This document shows, piece after piece, positions 8,145-17,069 of a DNA stretch of 25,305 bases. The position numbers and the translations under genes were made by a program. A model generated the notes under the pieces. The model had not been told where the DNA came from. It did no database searches and saw nothing but the letters and a program-made list of their open reading frames with translations. Origin of the DNA: a virus. Lineage: Duplodnaviria; Caudoviricetes. Each line of letters starts with the position of its first letter. Within the stretch, counting starts at the first letter, position 1. The DNA is taken from IMG/VR virus record IMGVR_UViG_3300006737_000188, positions 1-25,305 of that record; one strand, given 5' to 3'.

Positions 8145-11100
8145 TTATGATTGTATTATTGAGTTAATTATTTGAAGTTGAGAAGAATTTACAACTCCTA
8201 TACCTTGATAAGTAAAATCTTCTTCTTCAATTTCACCTCCTTCAAAACCTTTAATATAGTTAAACCACTTGTTTTCTTTTTCTATAAACTCAACATTTGC
8301 GCCAAACTGCATGTCAGTGTTTATATTTTGTAAATACCAACCTTTTTTCTCAATTAAATTATAATATTGACCATCTTGTAATTCTTGAGTTACTTTTGCT
8401 TGAGAACCTTCATATAACAATGTTTTAAAACTTTTGACAACACTAGGACTATCGTTTAATAAAAATGTTATAGAAGAAGGATTTGTAATACTATAAAAAC
8501 TATTAAAGCTACCAGTTTCTGCATGGTGTTGATATATTTTACCTTCATAAAAAGTATAGTAGTTGCTAGCCATACTAATACCACTTTCCATTTGAATAAA
8601 AGATTTAAAACTTACCCAACCTCTTATGTCTTCTTTAAAAGACAGTACATATTCTTGTGAACCGTATTCTGGTTGTAGTGGCTCGTTAGTTTTTAAAGCT
8701 ATATTATATTCGTCTTTTTTATCATCATAACTACCAATTAGTTTATCACTAAGCTTTAAATGATCTCTAAACCAATCTTTCATGCCGTGATCAGATATTG
8801 GTGTTAACCCATCTTTTGATAATCTAACCACAGCACCTCTTTGTTTGTCTGTGAAATAAGCTCTATAAGACTCTGATGCAAATGACTCTGGGTTTTTAGA
8901 TATACCGTATTCTCCAGCATATGGTATAGCCTGACCAAGAACGTTTACATTAGCCACTAACTGAGGATTACCATCTGCGTTAAATATAGCGTCTTTAGTA
9001 GCTAGTATTTTTAAAACTCTATCTTCACATAAAGTAATTAAATCACCATCAGCAGTAGATCTTGAGTGTAACTTTTGAATGCTTCCGTATATTGGATTTA
9101 TTTCTTTAGTTATTTTTTCTGCTTGTATAAATTGATTTAAGCTATTTGTAGAACTAACAGCATTATATATTCCAGAAAATATCAAACCATATTTTCTAGT
9201 TTCTTGTTCTATTTTTTCTTCTAAAGTAGATGAAGCTCTAACACCATTAGACATAAACGGAGCATTAAAACTATCTCTAACTCTATTAGATTCTACGCCA
9301 TTTCCAAAAGAATAACAATTATACCAGTTTAAAGTATGATAATGTTTCCAAGTGAAAGCGTCTATAGTTAATTCTAAATCACTTATACTTTCAACAGTTG
9401 AAGTAAATATACTACCATCTGGTTTTATTATATTTACATTATCGTTATTACCTATAGCTATTGGATTACCACCAACACCTGTAGGAAGTTGAGATAATGT
9501 TAAAATGTTTCCTGATATAGAGTTTATAACAGTTCCAGTAGGTATAGAAAAACCTTGCACGCTTACATGAGTTTCAATAGTACAGTTTTCAAACGTACCA
9601 ATAAGTTGAAACCCAATTTGCTCTTGTTGCAAAGGTAAAAACCCTGAATCTGTACTGTCATCTAGTTTTATAGGTATTAAATCACTTGCTTCATAATATA
9701 TATCTAAATCAGCACTGTCTTTAGGTTCTGTCTCCCATATAGCTGGGTTTTCTGGCAAAGTTATATTATCATAACTAGGCTCAATAAACTCCATTGTGTA
9801 ACCAACAGCGTATAATAAATTAACACTACCACCTGTATTAACCCCTGTGTTAGCGTTAGTTGTAAATGCCCCAGTACCCGTTGTACTTTTTTGCAAACTA
9901 ATTCTAGCTGCAGAGTTAGGACTATAACCATTCATAGCTCCTTGCGCAAAGGTTATACTTGTGCTTGGATCACACCTTACAACATGAGTTAAATCTAAAG
10001 CTTCCATATAACCTGTTAAATATATTTTTGTAGAAGCTACACCGTTATATATTCCATTATTAACAATAACATCTCTAACAACTAAATGAGGTTTGGTTGT
10101 TCCAGTGTCACAGACAACAGCTTGAGCGCTTTCATTTACATAACTAGTTACCACATAACCCGGTACTACTCTACAAGAATTTCCAAATTGATCGGTAGCC
10201 GCTAAATAGGATGCTTGAGTAACCACTATATAATGGTGATTTATACCAACTGAACTTGAATCATCTCCAGTACTAGACGTTGATCCAGGACCAAGATGGT
10301 TACCAAAAGGACCTGAACCTGAAACTGGGTTTGCAGTGGTTAAAGATGTTTTTCTACCACCAATTATTGGTCCTATATCTGATTGTATACCACCTACGTC
10401 CGCTGGCACCCAGTTTAACTGCCCTGAAACGTGCTCCTGTGTCCACCGCCATGTCTTATTAAAATTTGGTGATAATTGAGCGCCGTTAAAATGGCCACCA
10501 TCCCCAAGCGTTCCACCACTAGTCAGGGATCCAGCAGTCTCTCTTAAAATCTCTCCGGCATCATCATAGCCCCCATGAGTATAATACCTTAAAATATTAT
10601 TTTGGTATACGTTACCAGTGATATTATATTCTTTTAAATTTGGATCTTCAGCCCATCTCCATGTGCTACCTGGGTTAAGTCTATCAGTAAAAAGAGTTGT
10701 TGATAAATCCTGGTAGTTTGGATTACCTGTTCCTACAGCAAAAAAATTATCAAAATTCGTTCCTTGAGTTAAACCATGTGTGAATATTCCACCCCCTACA
10801 GGAAGAGCAGAGTATTCGTTTTCCGCCGTTTGATTTCCTATAGATTTGTTTAAGAAAATAGGACCAAGTGTTAATTTAAAATGGTGGTAACCAGTAGAAA
10901 TATCTAAAGCATCTGTACCCGAGGTACTACCAATAGGTTGCATAGGCCCTATACCACCAATTGATAAATCACTCATGTCAAATTGGTCTGCTTGTGACGA
11001 TGGGTGCTGAAAATAATTTAAAGAATTTTGACTAGCCGTAGCTTTATCAACGTGTTTGTACATGTCTAAAAACCAAACCTCATTTTTCCTAGCAAAACGA

Positions 11101-14100
11101 TCAGCAACTTTATTATTATCAAGATAACTATGAGCAGCGCTGGCATTAACACCGGCACTATAAACATTTGTAGCACCATAATATTGAGATGAACTCCTGT
11201 GAAAACCAGTGTATTGATAAAACTCAGTAAACCAAGGTACGCTTGGAGTGGTGCCATTATTCGTTATAGTACCACTATTACTTGGAGAATCAAATCTATA
11301 TTTAGACGTTGACATGTCCAACCCCTGTATGTCGTCCATATCATCAGTTGGCCACTCTGTATTACCATAATCATATCTTCTAAAATAACAAGCAAATCTA
11401 CCAAAAGGATGACTATATGCTGATCTACCACCTGTTGCATTGTCTCCGTTAACATCTTCACCATGACCAGTAGCCTTTATACTATGCGTCACGTGGTGGT
11501 TTTCTCTCATAGAATATACTTTTTTAGATGTAACTGTTCTCCATTGTTGGTTTTTAGTAGTATCTTGAGAAATGTATGTTCTAAACGTATCGTCTATATA
11601 TATCTTAACAAAAAACTTACCATCAAAAATAGGTAAGTTTTCAACTTTTTTCTTAAATATATTTATTACAGCTTGGTCTTGTATTTCTGTTGAAAACTGA
11701 CCTGTTGGATCGTCAGTTACAAAGTTAACATCATCTTCTAAAAAACGATCTGTTTGTATATAATACTTTGGATCAATAGGTACTGTTGAATCAAAAGCGT
11801 CTGTAGTTATAGAGGTTATTCTGTACTCTTGACTTTCTGCGCTAGAACCTGTTAGTGAAAGTGTAAAATACAAATCTCCATCATCTATTTCATGTAACTT
11901 ACTAGCTGAAGTATTGTTAAAATGATTATAATTCAAGGTAAATTTATCTGTTCCTTGCACTGGATTATCAGAAGTAGTATTAGCGTTAAAAACAGGGTCT
12001 GTACCATTAAAGTGTTTTGCAGATATAATTTTTAATACGTTTGTTTTTATGTAATCAGGTGCTTCATTTTCTATCGCTAAAACCTTATATCTATTTTTTG
12101 TTTTTACAGCTTCGCTAGACTCTTGTGATTTTTTTAGTAATAAAAACGTTTCTTCATCTATTTTGTTTCTATCAATACTAGCAAAAGACAACCAAACGTT
12201 ACCGTCCTCAGCGTCATACCAACGATCCATTGCTAAATTATAATACTCACCAGATGTTTGTTTTATATAAAACTTATAGTACTTTTGATTTTTAGGCGCA
12301 TCAGATCCAAACTTAACCCTTATTCTATTAGCCTCATCTGCTCTTGAGTAATCTACTTCAAAAGCTCCAGAAGGATTTGATATAACTGGCGTTTCTCTAC
12401 CATACTCGTCAATAAAAACAACTCCTAGTTGGTATTCCCTTAGAGATTTTATAGATTTTATCGTGTTAGTTTGATAATCACCCCAACCTAATGGATGTGA
12501 TGTTTCAAGTAAATTTATTTTAAAGTTTGGAGAATATGGATTACCAGCAGTATCAAAAACATCCCAGCCTTGAGTGTAGTTAGCAAAAACAATTCTGTTA
12601 CCAGTTACTTCTTGTGCTAATGCGCTTTTTGGAACATTATCCCAAGATCTTAACAGTTGGTTTGAAGGAACTGTAGCTTTAATTGTTTCGTTGTTTATAG
12701 TATATGTGTCATTTTGCCAATAATTATCAATAGAATTTACTTTAATAGTATCAACGGTATAAACATTAGGTGAACCATCTTCTTTATAAAGTATATCTAT
12801 TTCAACAACATCTAAAGGCGTATCGTTTAATCTAAAGTTTTTTATATCAATTTGACTTATCAAGTTGGTCATACCTAAATTATAACCTTTCTTAGGATGA
12901 TAATCAAAACTTCCAGGAACAAATGCTATTTGAGTAAAAGGAGAATAAGTAGAATATTCACCGTCGCTATATTTGTATCTAGTTGCAAATCTAGGAAACT
13001 TAAACTCAAACAGTCTTTCGTACGTGTCATATTTATCTATAGCATATTTTCTTTCTCCTGTGTTAGGATCAGCTCCTAGTGGAAAGCCATCAATATTTAT
13101 TATTTCTAACTCTACAATAATAGGCGTTGTAGCAGTAGCTGTAAAACCGTTTGGAGCGTCGGTTATTTCTGCTTTTATTCTATAATCCGTTATTGGAATT
13201 GCTGGAGGCTCTGAAGCGCCACTTGATAAATCGTCATATTCTTTTAAAACTACTTGACCACCAACACTCCAGTCTACAAGTGTGAAGTTCGTATTACCAT
13301 ATATATCTTCATCTATTTGTATTTCTACAGTTTCACCAACTGATACGCCTGAGAAATCATACGGATCAATATTAGGCGCTGTTGCTGTTATTATATCATC
13401 ATTAGTATTAGTATTTGGAAACTGATCTACTGTTATAGTTACAGCGCCAGTGTATACTTCTGGTGGGTTAAGTTGTAAACCACTATAATCTCTACCTGTT
13501 TTTAAATCTAAAACTGGAGCTTTGCTAGGTGGTTTTCTAATAAGAGTAACGTGTTGCTCTGCTAAAGGTATATTATCACTCATTGTTATACCTCTTTCTT
13601 CGTTTATGAGTCTAGTGTAACCAATTGGGTTGGTAGGAGTTCCTAGTTTACATCTTGGTATGTTTATTTTTTTAGGTTCGTTTTGGCCATCCGTCCAGAA
13701 TAACATTTCATCAATAATATTTATTCCAGTTATCATGATGTGATTACCGTTATCATCAACAGGAAAGTTTAAAGGAGGATTATAACCAGATTCTTCTCCA
13801 AAGTTAAACTCAAAAGCCAAAATAGATCCAGCTGTAACCTCTGTAAGCAAATCATCCGGCATATAAGATAACTGTACAGAGTTATTAGCGCCAAATCCGC
13901 TAACTGTTGGTGGGTCTGGATTAAACACTCCACTTGTTGGACTTGGACCAGTAAGAGGTGTGTAGTTAGCACCGTTAGAAAAATCATACGTGTTTGTTAT
14001 AGCTGGAGTGTTGTTAGCGTTCCAACCAGATTGTATAACATAAACAGTTGACAAGACCATGCCCTGCAGTATGAGTTGATTTTGAGTTGGATAAAAATTT

Positions 14101-14600
14101 AATAAAGTCAACAAATAATAACCAGCTTGACTCTGCACTGACTGTTGGAAATAACCTTGTAATGGTAACACAACGTTAGAAGCTTCTATAACTACAGGTG
14201 ATACAGTGTTGTCTTTGTATTCCATTATACTGGCACCTGAAGATATGGCGTTAAATATTGGATCTGGAGATGTGATTGCTGTACCAGGTGTAAGACTGTA
14301 ATTCATTAACGCGTCGTTAATTGAACCGCCAGCTCCTTGTGATAAAAACCAATATACAGCATTGTTTTTTTCGTCATCTATACTACCGACACAAATATTA
14401 TCTTGACTTATAAGTGAGTCTTGTTGGTTCGGTTGAAGTTTAATATTACTCAAAAGATTTTGAACAGTACCTACTTCAGAGTTGTCTGATGTAGATACTT
14501 GTACATTCATTGCATGTCTATATTCTCCATTTGAAACAAGTCTTTCGTCAAGATCCTTGTTCATCTTACCACCGGTAAAATTCTGTTTAATCTCTGGCAT
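8145..14600 (-). CDS. Tail stabilization/hub (muzzle) protein, P22 gp10-like/crAss-like (2151 aa)
   Basis: N-terminal NFTGGKMNKDLDERLVSNGEYRHAMNVQV; ITGINIIDEMLFWTDGQNEPKKINI; FKFPRFATRYKY; GNRIVFANYTQG; YQLGVVFIDEYGRETPV; C-terminal propeller-like YGISKNPESFA...YFTDKQRGAVVRLS...GWVSFKSF. Follows the ring protein genes. Confidence 0.8.
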   Translation of the reverse strand: MPEIKQNFTGGKMNKDLDERLVSNGEYRHAMNVQVSTSDNSEVGTVQNLLSNIKLQPNQQDSLISQDNICVGSIDDEKNNAVYWFLSQGAGGSINDALMNYSLTPGTAITSPDPIFNAISSGASIMEYKDNTVSPVVIEASNVVLPLQGYFQQSVQSQAGYYLLTLLNFYPTQNQLILQGMVLSTVYVIQSGWNANNTPAITNTYDFSNGANYTPLTGPSPTSGVFNPDPPTVSGFGANNSVQLSYMPDDLLTEVTAGSILAFEFNFGEESGYNPPLNFPVDDNGNHIMITGINIIDEMLFWTDGQNEPKKINIPRCKLGTPTNPIGYTRLINEERGITMSDNIPLAEQHVTLIRKPPSKAPVLDLKTGRDYSGLQLNPPEVYTGAVTITVDQFPNTNTNDDIITATAPNIDPYDFSGVSVGETVEIQIDEDIYGNTNFTLVDWSVGGQVVLKEYDDLSSGASEPPAIPITDYRIKAEITDAPNGFTATATTPIIVELEIINIDGFPLGADPNTGERKYAIDKYDTYERLFEFKFPRFATRYKYSDGEYSTYSPFTQIAFVPGSFDYHPKKGYNLGMTNLISQIDIKNFRLNDTPLDVVEIDILYKEDGSPNVYTVDTIKVNSIDNYWQNDTYTINNETIKATVPSNQLLRSWDNVPKSALAQEVTGNRIVFANYTQGWDVFDTAGNPYSPNFKINLLETSHPLGWGDYQTNTIKSIKSLREYQLGVVFIDEYGRETPVISNPSGAFEVDYSRADEANRIRVKFGSDAPKNQKYYKFYIKQTSGEYYNLAMDRWYDAEDGNVWLSFASIDRNKIDEETFLLLKKSQESSEAVKTKNRYKVLAIENEAPDYIKTNVLKIISAKHFNGTDPVFNANTTSDNPVQGTDKFTLNYNHFNNTSASKLHEIDDGDLYFTLSLTGSSAESQEYRITSITTDAFDSTVPIDPKYYIQTDRFLEDDVNFVTDDPTGQFSTEIQDQAVINIFKKKVENLPIFDGKFFVKIYIDDTFRTYISQDTTKNQQWRTVTSKKVYSMRENHHVTHSIKATGHGEDVNGDNATGGRSAYSHPFGRFACYFRRYDYGNTEWPTDDMDDIQGLDMSTSKYRFDSPSNSGTITNNGTTPSVPWFTEFYQYTGFHRSSSQYYGATNVYSAGVNASAAHSYLDNNKVADRFARKNEVWFLDMYKHVDKATASQNSLNYFQHPSSQADQFDMSDLSIGGIGPMQPIGSTSGTDALDISTGYHHFKLTLGPIFLNKSIGNQTAENEYSALPVGGGIFTHGLTQGTNFDNFFAVGTGNPNYQDLSTTLFTDRLNPGSTWRWAEDPNLKEYNITGNVYQNNILRYYTHGGYDDAGEILRETAGSLTSGGTLGDGGHFNGAQLSPNFNKTWRWTQEHVSGQLNWVPADVGGIQSDIGPIIGGRKTSLTTANPVSGSGPFGNHLGPGSTSSTGDDSSSVGINHHYIVVTQASYLAATDQFGNSCRVVPGYVVTSYVNESAQAVVCDTGTTKPHLVVRDVIVNNGIYNGVASTKIYLTGYMEALDLTHVVRCDPSTSITFAQGAMNGYSPNSAARISLQKSTTGTGAFTTNANTGVNTGGSVNLLYAVGYTMEFIEPSYDNITLPENPAIWETEPKDSADLDIYYEASDLIPIKLDDSTDSGFLPLQQEQIGFQLIGTFENCTIETHVSVQGFSIPTGTVINSISGNILTLSQLPTGVGGNPIAIGNNDNVNIIKPDGSIFTSTVESISDLELTIDAFTWKHYHTLNWYNCYSFGNGVESNRVRDSFNAPFMSNGVRASSTLEEKIEQETRKYGLIFSGIYNAVSSTNSLNQFIQAEKITKEINPIYGSIQKLHSRSTADGDLITLCEDRVLKILATKDAIFNADGNPQLVANVNVLGQAIPYAGEYGISKNPESFASESYRAYFTDKQRGAVVRLSKDGLTPISDHGMKDWFRDHLKLSDKLIGSYDDKKDEYNIALKTNEPLQPEYGSQEYVLSFKEDIRGWVSFKSFIQMESGISMASNYYTFYEGKIYQHHAETGSFNSFYSITNPSSITFLLNDSPSVVKSFKTLLYEGSQAKVTQELQDGQYYNLIEKKGWYLQNINTDMQFGANVEFIEKENKWFNYIKGFEGGEIEEEDFTYQGIGVVNSSQLQIINSIIQS

Positions 14601-14603
14601 GTA

Positions 14604-16097
14604 CTAGTGTTTAATTTGTTTTGATTTACCTCTTAAAATTTGAGTTATTTCTTCTAATTTAATGTTAGAAAGTCTTAGTTTTGCTTTTCTAGTTTCAGCA
14701 AATTTTTCTTTTTTAAATCTTTGAACTATATATTCTGGCACATTAGATCTAGTTGATACTATCGCGTACGCTATATGTTTATACATTGCTTCCTCAGCTA
14801 GTTTGTGAACCTGCATCTCTTCATCAGTGCCAAGACTATCGCTTATATAATCTAATACCACGGTTTGCCCGCTTACGTTAGAGCTAAAGTGTATTTTACC
14901 ACTTTTACAATCTATATAAAAAGATCCATTAACTTGAGCGTGTTGAGGATCTAAACCGTATCTACCGCTTTTCATCTTCCAGTGAATATCATCTTCGTAA
15001 TCTTGATTACTATTTTCTGAAGGAGCATTGGATTTATAGTTGTCCCAAGTTGTAGACGTTAAAGGATCTGTTTTTAAAACGTTTAAAATTTCTGTATTAG
15101 TTAATACTATATCATCTATGCTATTAACTGCAGAAGCCGTTGTATTTGCTATTGAAAAATCAACCTTACTAGTAATAATAACCCAAACATCATTGTGATT
15201 AGAAACATCTATAGCGCTATCCTCAATAAGAGTTTTAGTTTCAGCGCTAGATCCTGGTAGCCACTCTAAATAAGCATTTTCATTATCTATAGTTTGCAAC
15301 CAGTTTATTGCTGTTGGGTCTGCAAGTTCAGAATAATTATTACTTGCGCTGTAGTTTAAAGTGTTAGTTCCAGTAGGATCAAAATCAATTAAACCCATAA
15401 CTAAAGTACCACCAGTAACGTCTGTAGCTGCTGCCGCTGCTGTTCCTTTTGCTGACAACTCTATACTGTTTAAGTTACTTACATCTATTTTTTGATAAGC
15501 ATAATACAACCTACTTTTATCTTTATTCCAAGAGTTATGTACATGCTGAGTAAATGTTAACTCTCCACTAACAACTTCTATAGCATCAGTTCCTAATACA
15601 ACATTTGACTGCGCGATTGTTCCTTCTGTCCAAACATCACTTTTGTACCAAGGCACAGCAAATGTACTAGAAAAATCTTGATTAACTAAAACCGGGTGAG
15701 CACCTGGAAACTCATAATTACCATCACTATCTTGAATTATTTTTGTAGGGTTTGAAGTTTTACTTGTTGGATATAACGGGTGTTTAACGCCTGATGAATC
15801 TACCCAACTAACTTTAGTGTAGTTAACGTAATCACGTGGAAGAATCATTTGTAAACTAGGTGGCAAAACAATTTCTTGTGACTTGCAAGATTTAAACGTG
15901 TCAAACGATAACTCTTGTAAAGCTCTTTGAGCAAAAAATGATATGTCTGCTCTTTTTATTTTAGATATTAATTTGCTTTCTCCAACATAAGCAATTTTAA
16001 ATTGAGTTATAATATTATCTAATGACGTAAATTGATAATTACCGTAATCATCACCTTGGTAATATGATTGTTGAGTAGTGTTGTCTAATAATCCCAT
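14604..16097 (-). CDS. Tail ring/tubular (head-tail adaptor) protein with an inserted beta-sandwich domain (497 aa)
   Basis: LPRDYVNYTKVSWVD and IHFSSNVSGQTVVLDYISD...VHKLAEEAMYKHIAY match ring/adaptor protein patterns; TAG stop. Confidence 0.7.
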   Translation of the reverse strand: MGLLDNTTQQSYYQGDDYGNYQFTSLDNIITQFKIAYVGESKLISKIKRADISFFAQRALQELSFDTFKSCKSQEIVLPPSLQMILPRDYVNYTKVSWVDSSGVKHPLYPTSKTSNPTKIIQDSDGNYEFPGAHPVLVNQDFSSTFAVPWYKSDVWTEGTIAQSNVVLGTDAIEVVSGELTFTQHVHNSWNKDKSRLYYAYQKIDVSNLNSIELSAKGTAAAAATDVTGGTLVMGLIDFDPTGTNTLNYSASNNYSELADPTAINWLQTIDNENAYLEWLPGSSAETKTLIEDSAIDVSNHNDVWVIITSKVDFSIANTTASAVNSIDDIVLTNTEILNVLKTDPLTSTTWDNYKSNAPSENSNQDYEDDIHWKMKSGRYGLDPQHAQVNGSFYIDCKSGKIHFSSNVSGQTVVLDYISDSLGTDEEMQVHKLAEEAMYKHIAYAIVSTRSNVPEYIVQRFKKEKFAETRKAKLRLSNIKLEEITQILRGKSKQIKH

Positions 16098-16101
16098 TTA
16101 T

Positions 16102-16836
16102 TTATTGTTTTTCTTGTTGAATTTGTACTGACTCCATACCTTGACCAGCTCTCATAATATCGTCTCTTACCATTGATATACCAGCTAGTTTTAATATTTT
16201 ATAAACTAATTCTGATTCTTCTGACGGATGTAATTCAAAATCTGTTGATGCGCCTGGATTCCAAAGAGCTGTGTTACTATTTTGAGAAACTATATATCCC
16301 CACTTAGGTGTTGATGGTTTTTTAATGTAATTTATTTTTACACCACCTTCTACGGGCGGAGGTGGAATTATTTTAATTCTATCAAAACCAGAAGCATCGT
16401 GTATATAAACTGGTCTTTTTTCGCTTTCTTTAGCTAAAGGACTGTTACTGTATTTTGTATACTCTTTAGCGGTAACTTCTTCTGCAATTACATTTTTTTT
16501 ATTAGAATTGTAATCAACCATTACTTCTACTATTCTGTATAATGAAAACTGTCCTAAATCTATATTTCCATCAGAATCAAAAACAGTGTTAGCAATGTCT
16601 GTCCAAATTTCAAAAGCACTTATTTTACTTTCTATAATGTCTTTCATATCAGAGTGACCCATTGAATTACCAGGTATTCTATTAAACTGATTTAAGTCAT
16701 AAAAGTATTGCTCGAATATTTCTTTTTGAGAGTGATCGGCAAACAAATTAAACTCTTGTGGAGTTATATAACCTCTCTGTTCTTTATTAGCTATAGCTAA
16801 AACTTTTTGATAAACATCATCTACACTTATTGCCAT
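16102..16836 (-). CDS. Tail ring/adaptor (tubular) protein (244 aa)
   Basis: VYQKVLAIANKEQRGYITPQEFNLFA...INYIKKPSTPKWGY...DFELHPSEESELVYKILKLAGI, a P22 gp4/crAss ring-like pattern; lies downstream of the capsid genes. Confidence 0.7.
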   Translation of the reverse strand: MAISVDDVYQKVLAIANKEQRGYITPQEFNLFADHSQKEIFEQYFYDLNQFNRIPGNSMGHSDMKDIIESKISAFEIWTDIANTVFDSDGNIDLGQFSLYRIVEVMVDYNSNKKNVIAEEVTAKEYTKYSNSPLAKESEKRPVYIHDASGFDRIKIIPPPPVEGGVKINYIKKPSTPKWGYIVSQNSNTALWNPGASTDFELHPSEESELVYKILKLAGISMVRDDIMRAGQGMESVQIQQEKQ

Positions 16837-16845
16837 AATATTTTT

Positions 16846-17013
16846 TTATTTTTGATAAGGAAATTTTTTATTTAAAGCGTCTCTTCTTTTACCACACCCA
16901 CAATCTTTCTTGCCCATAGCTTTTGCTCCAGCTTTAGCTAAATCATGTATTCCTGTTGCTTTCATAAATTTTTCTATTGAGTCGCCTAATCCTTTTGATT
17001 TTTTGTTTTCCAT
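16846..17013 (-). CDS. Small basic protein with GLGD and DCGC motifs (55 aa)
   Basis: Hand translation MENKKSKGLGDSIEKFMKATGIHDLAKAGAKAMGKKDCGCGKRRDALNKKFPYQK*; fills the intergenic gap, has an A-rich leader, and is shorter than any ORF in the track. Confidence 0.8.
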   Translation of the reverse strand: MENKKSKGLGDSIEKFMKATGIHDLAKAGAKAMGKKDCGCGKRRDALNKKFPYQK

Positions 17014-17027
17014 TTTATTATATTTTA

Positions 17028-17062
17028 GTAGTTACGATCGCCCCGTAGGGCGACCGCTCTAC
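17028..17062 (-). promoter_or_regulatory. GC-rich RNA hairpin with a C(UACG)G tetraloop and no U-tract
   Basis: Minus strand GTAG-AG-CGGTCGCCC-TACG-GGGCGATCG-TAA-CTAC: 9-bp stem (one G-U) plus a 4-bp basal extension. Confidence 0.7.
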
Positions 17063-17069
17063 AGTTAGA

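Noticed and set aside
8145-14600. Diversity-generating retroelement target, intein or intron in tail/terminase genes
   Set aside because: No reverse transcriptase, template/variable repeat pair, intein splice motifs or homing endonuclease was seen by eye.
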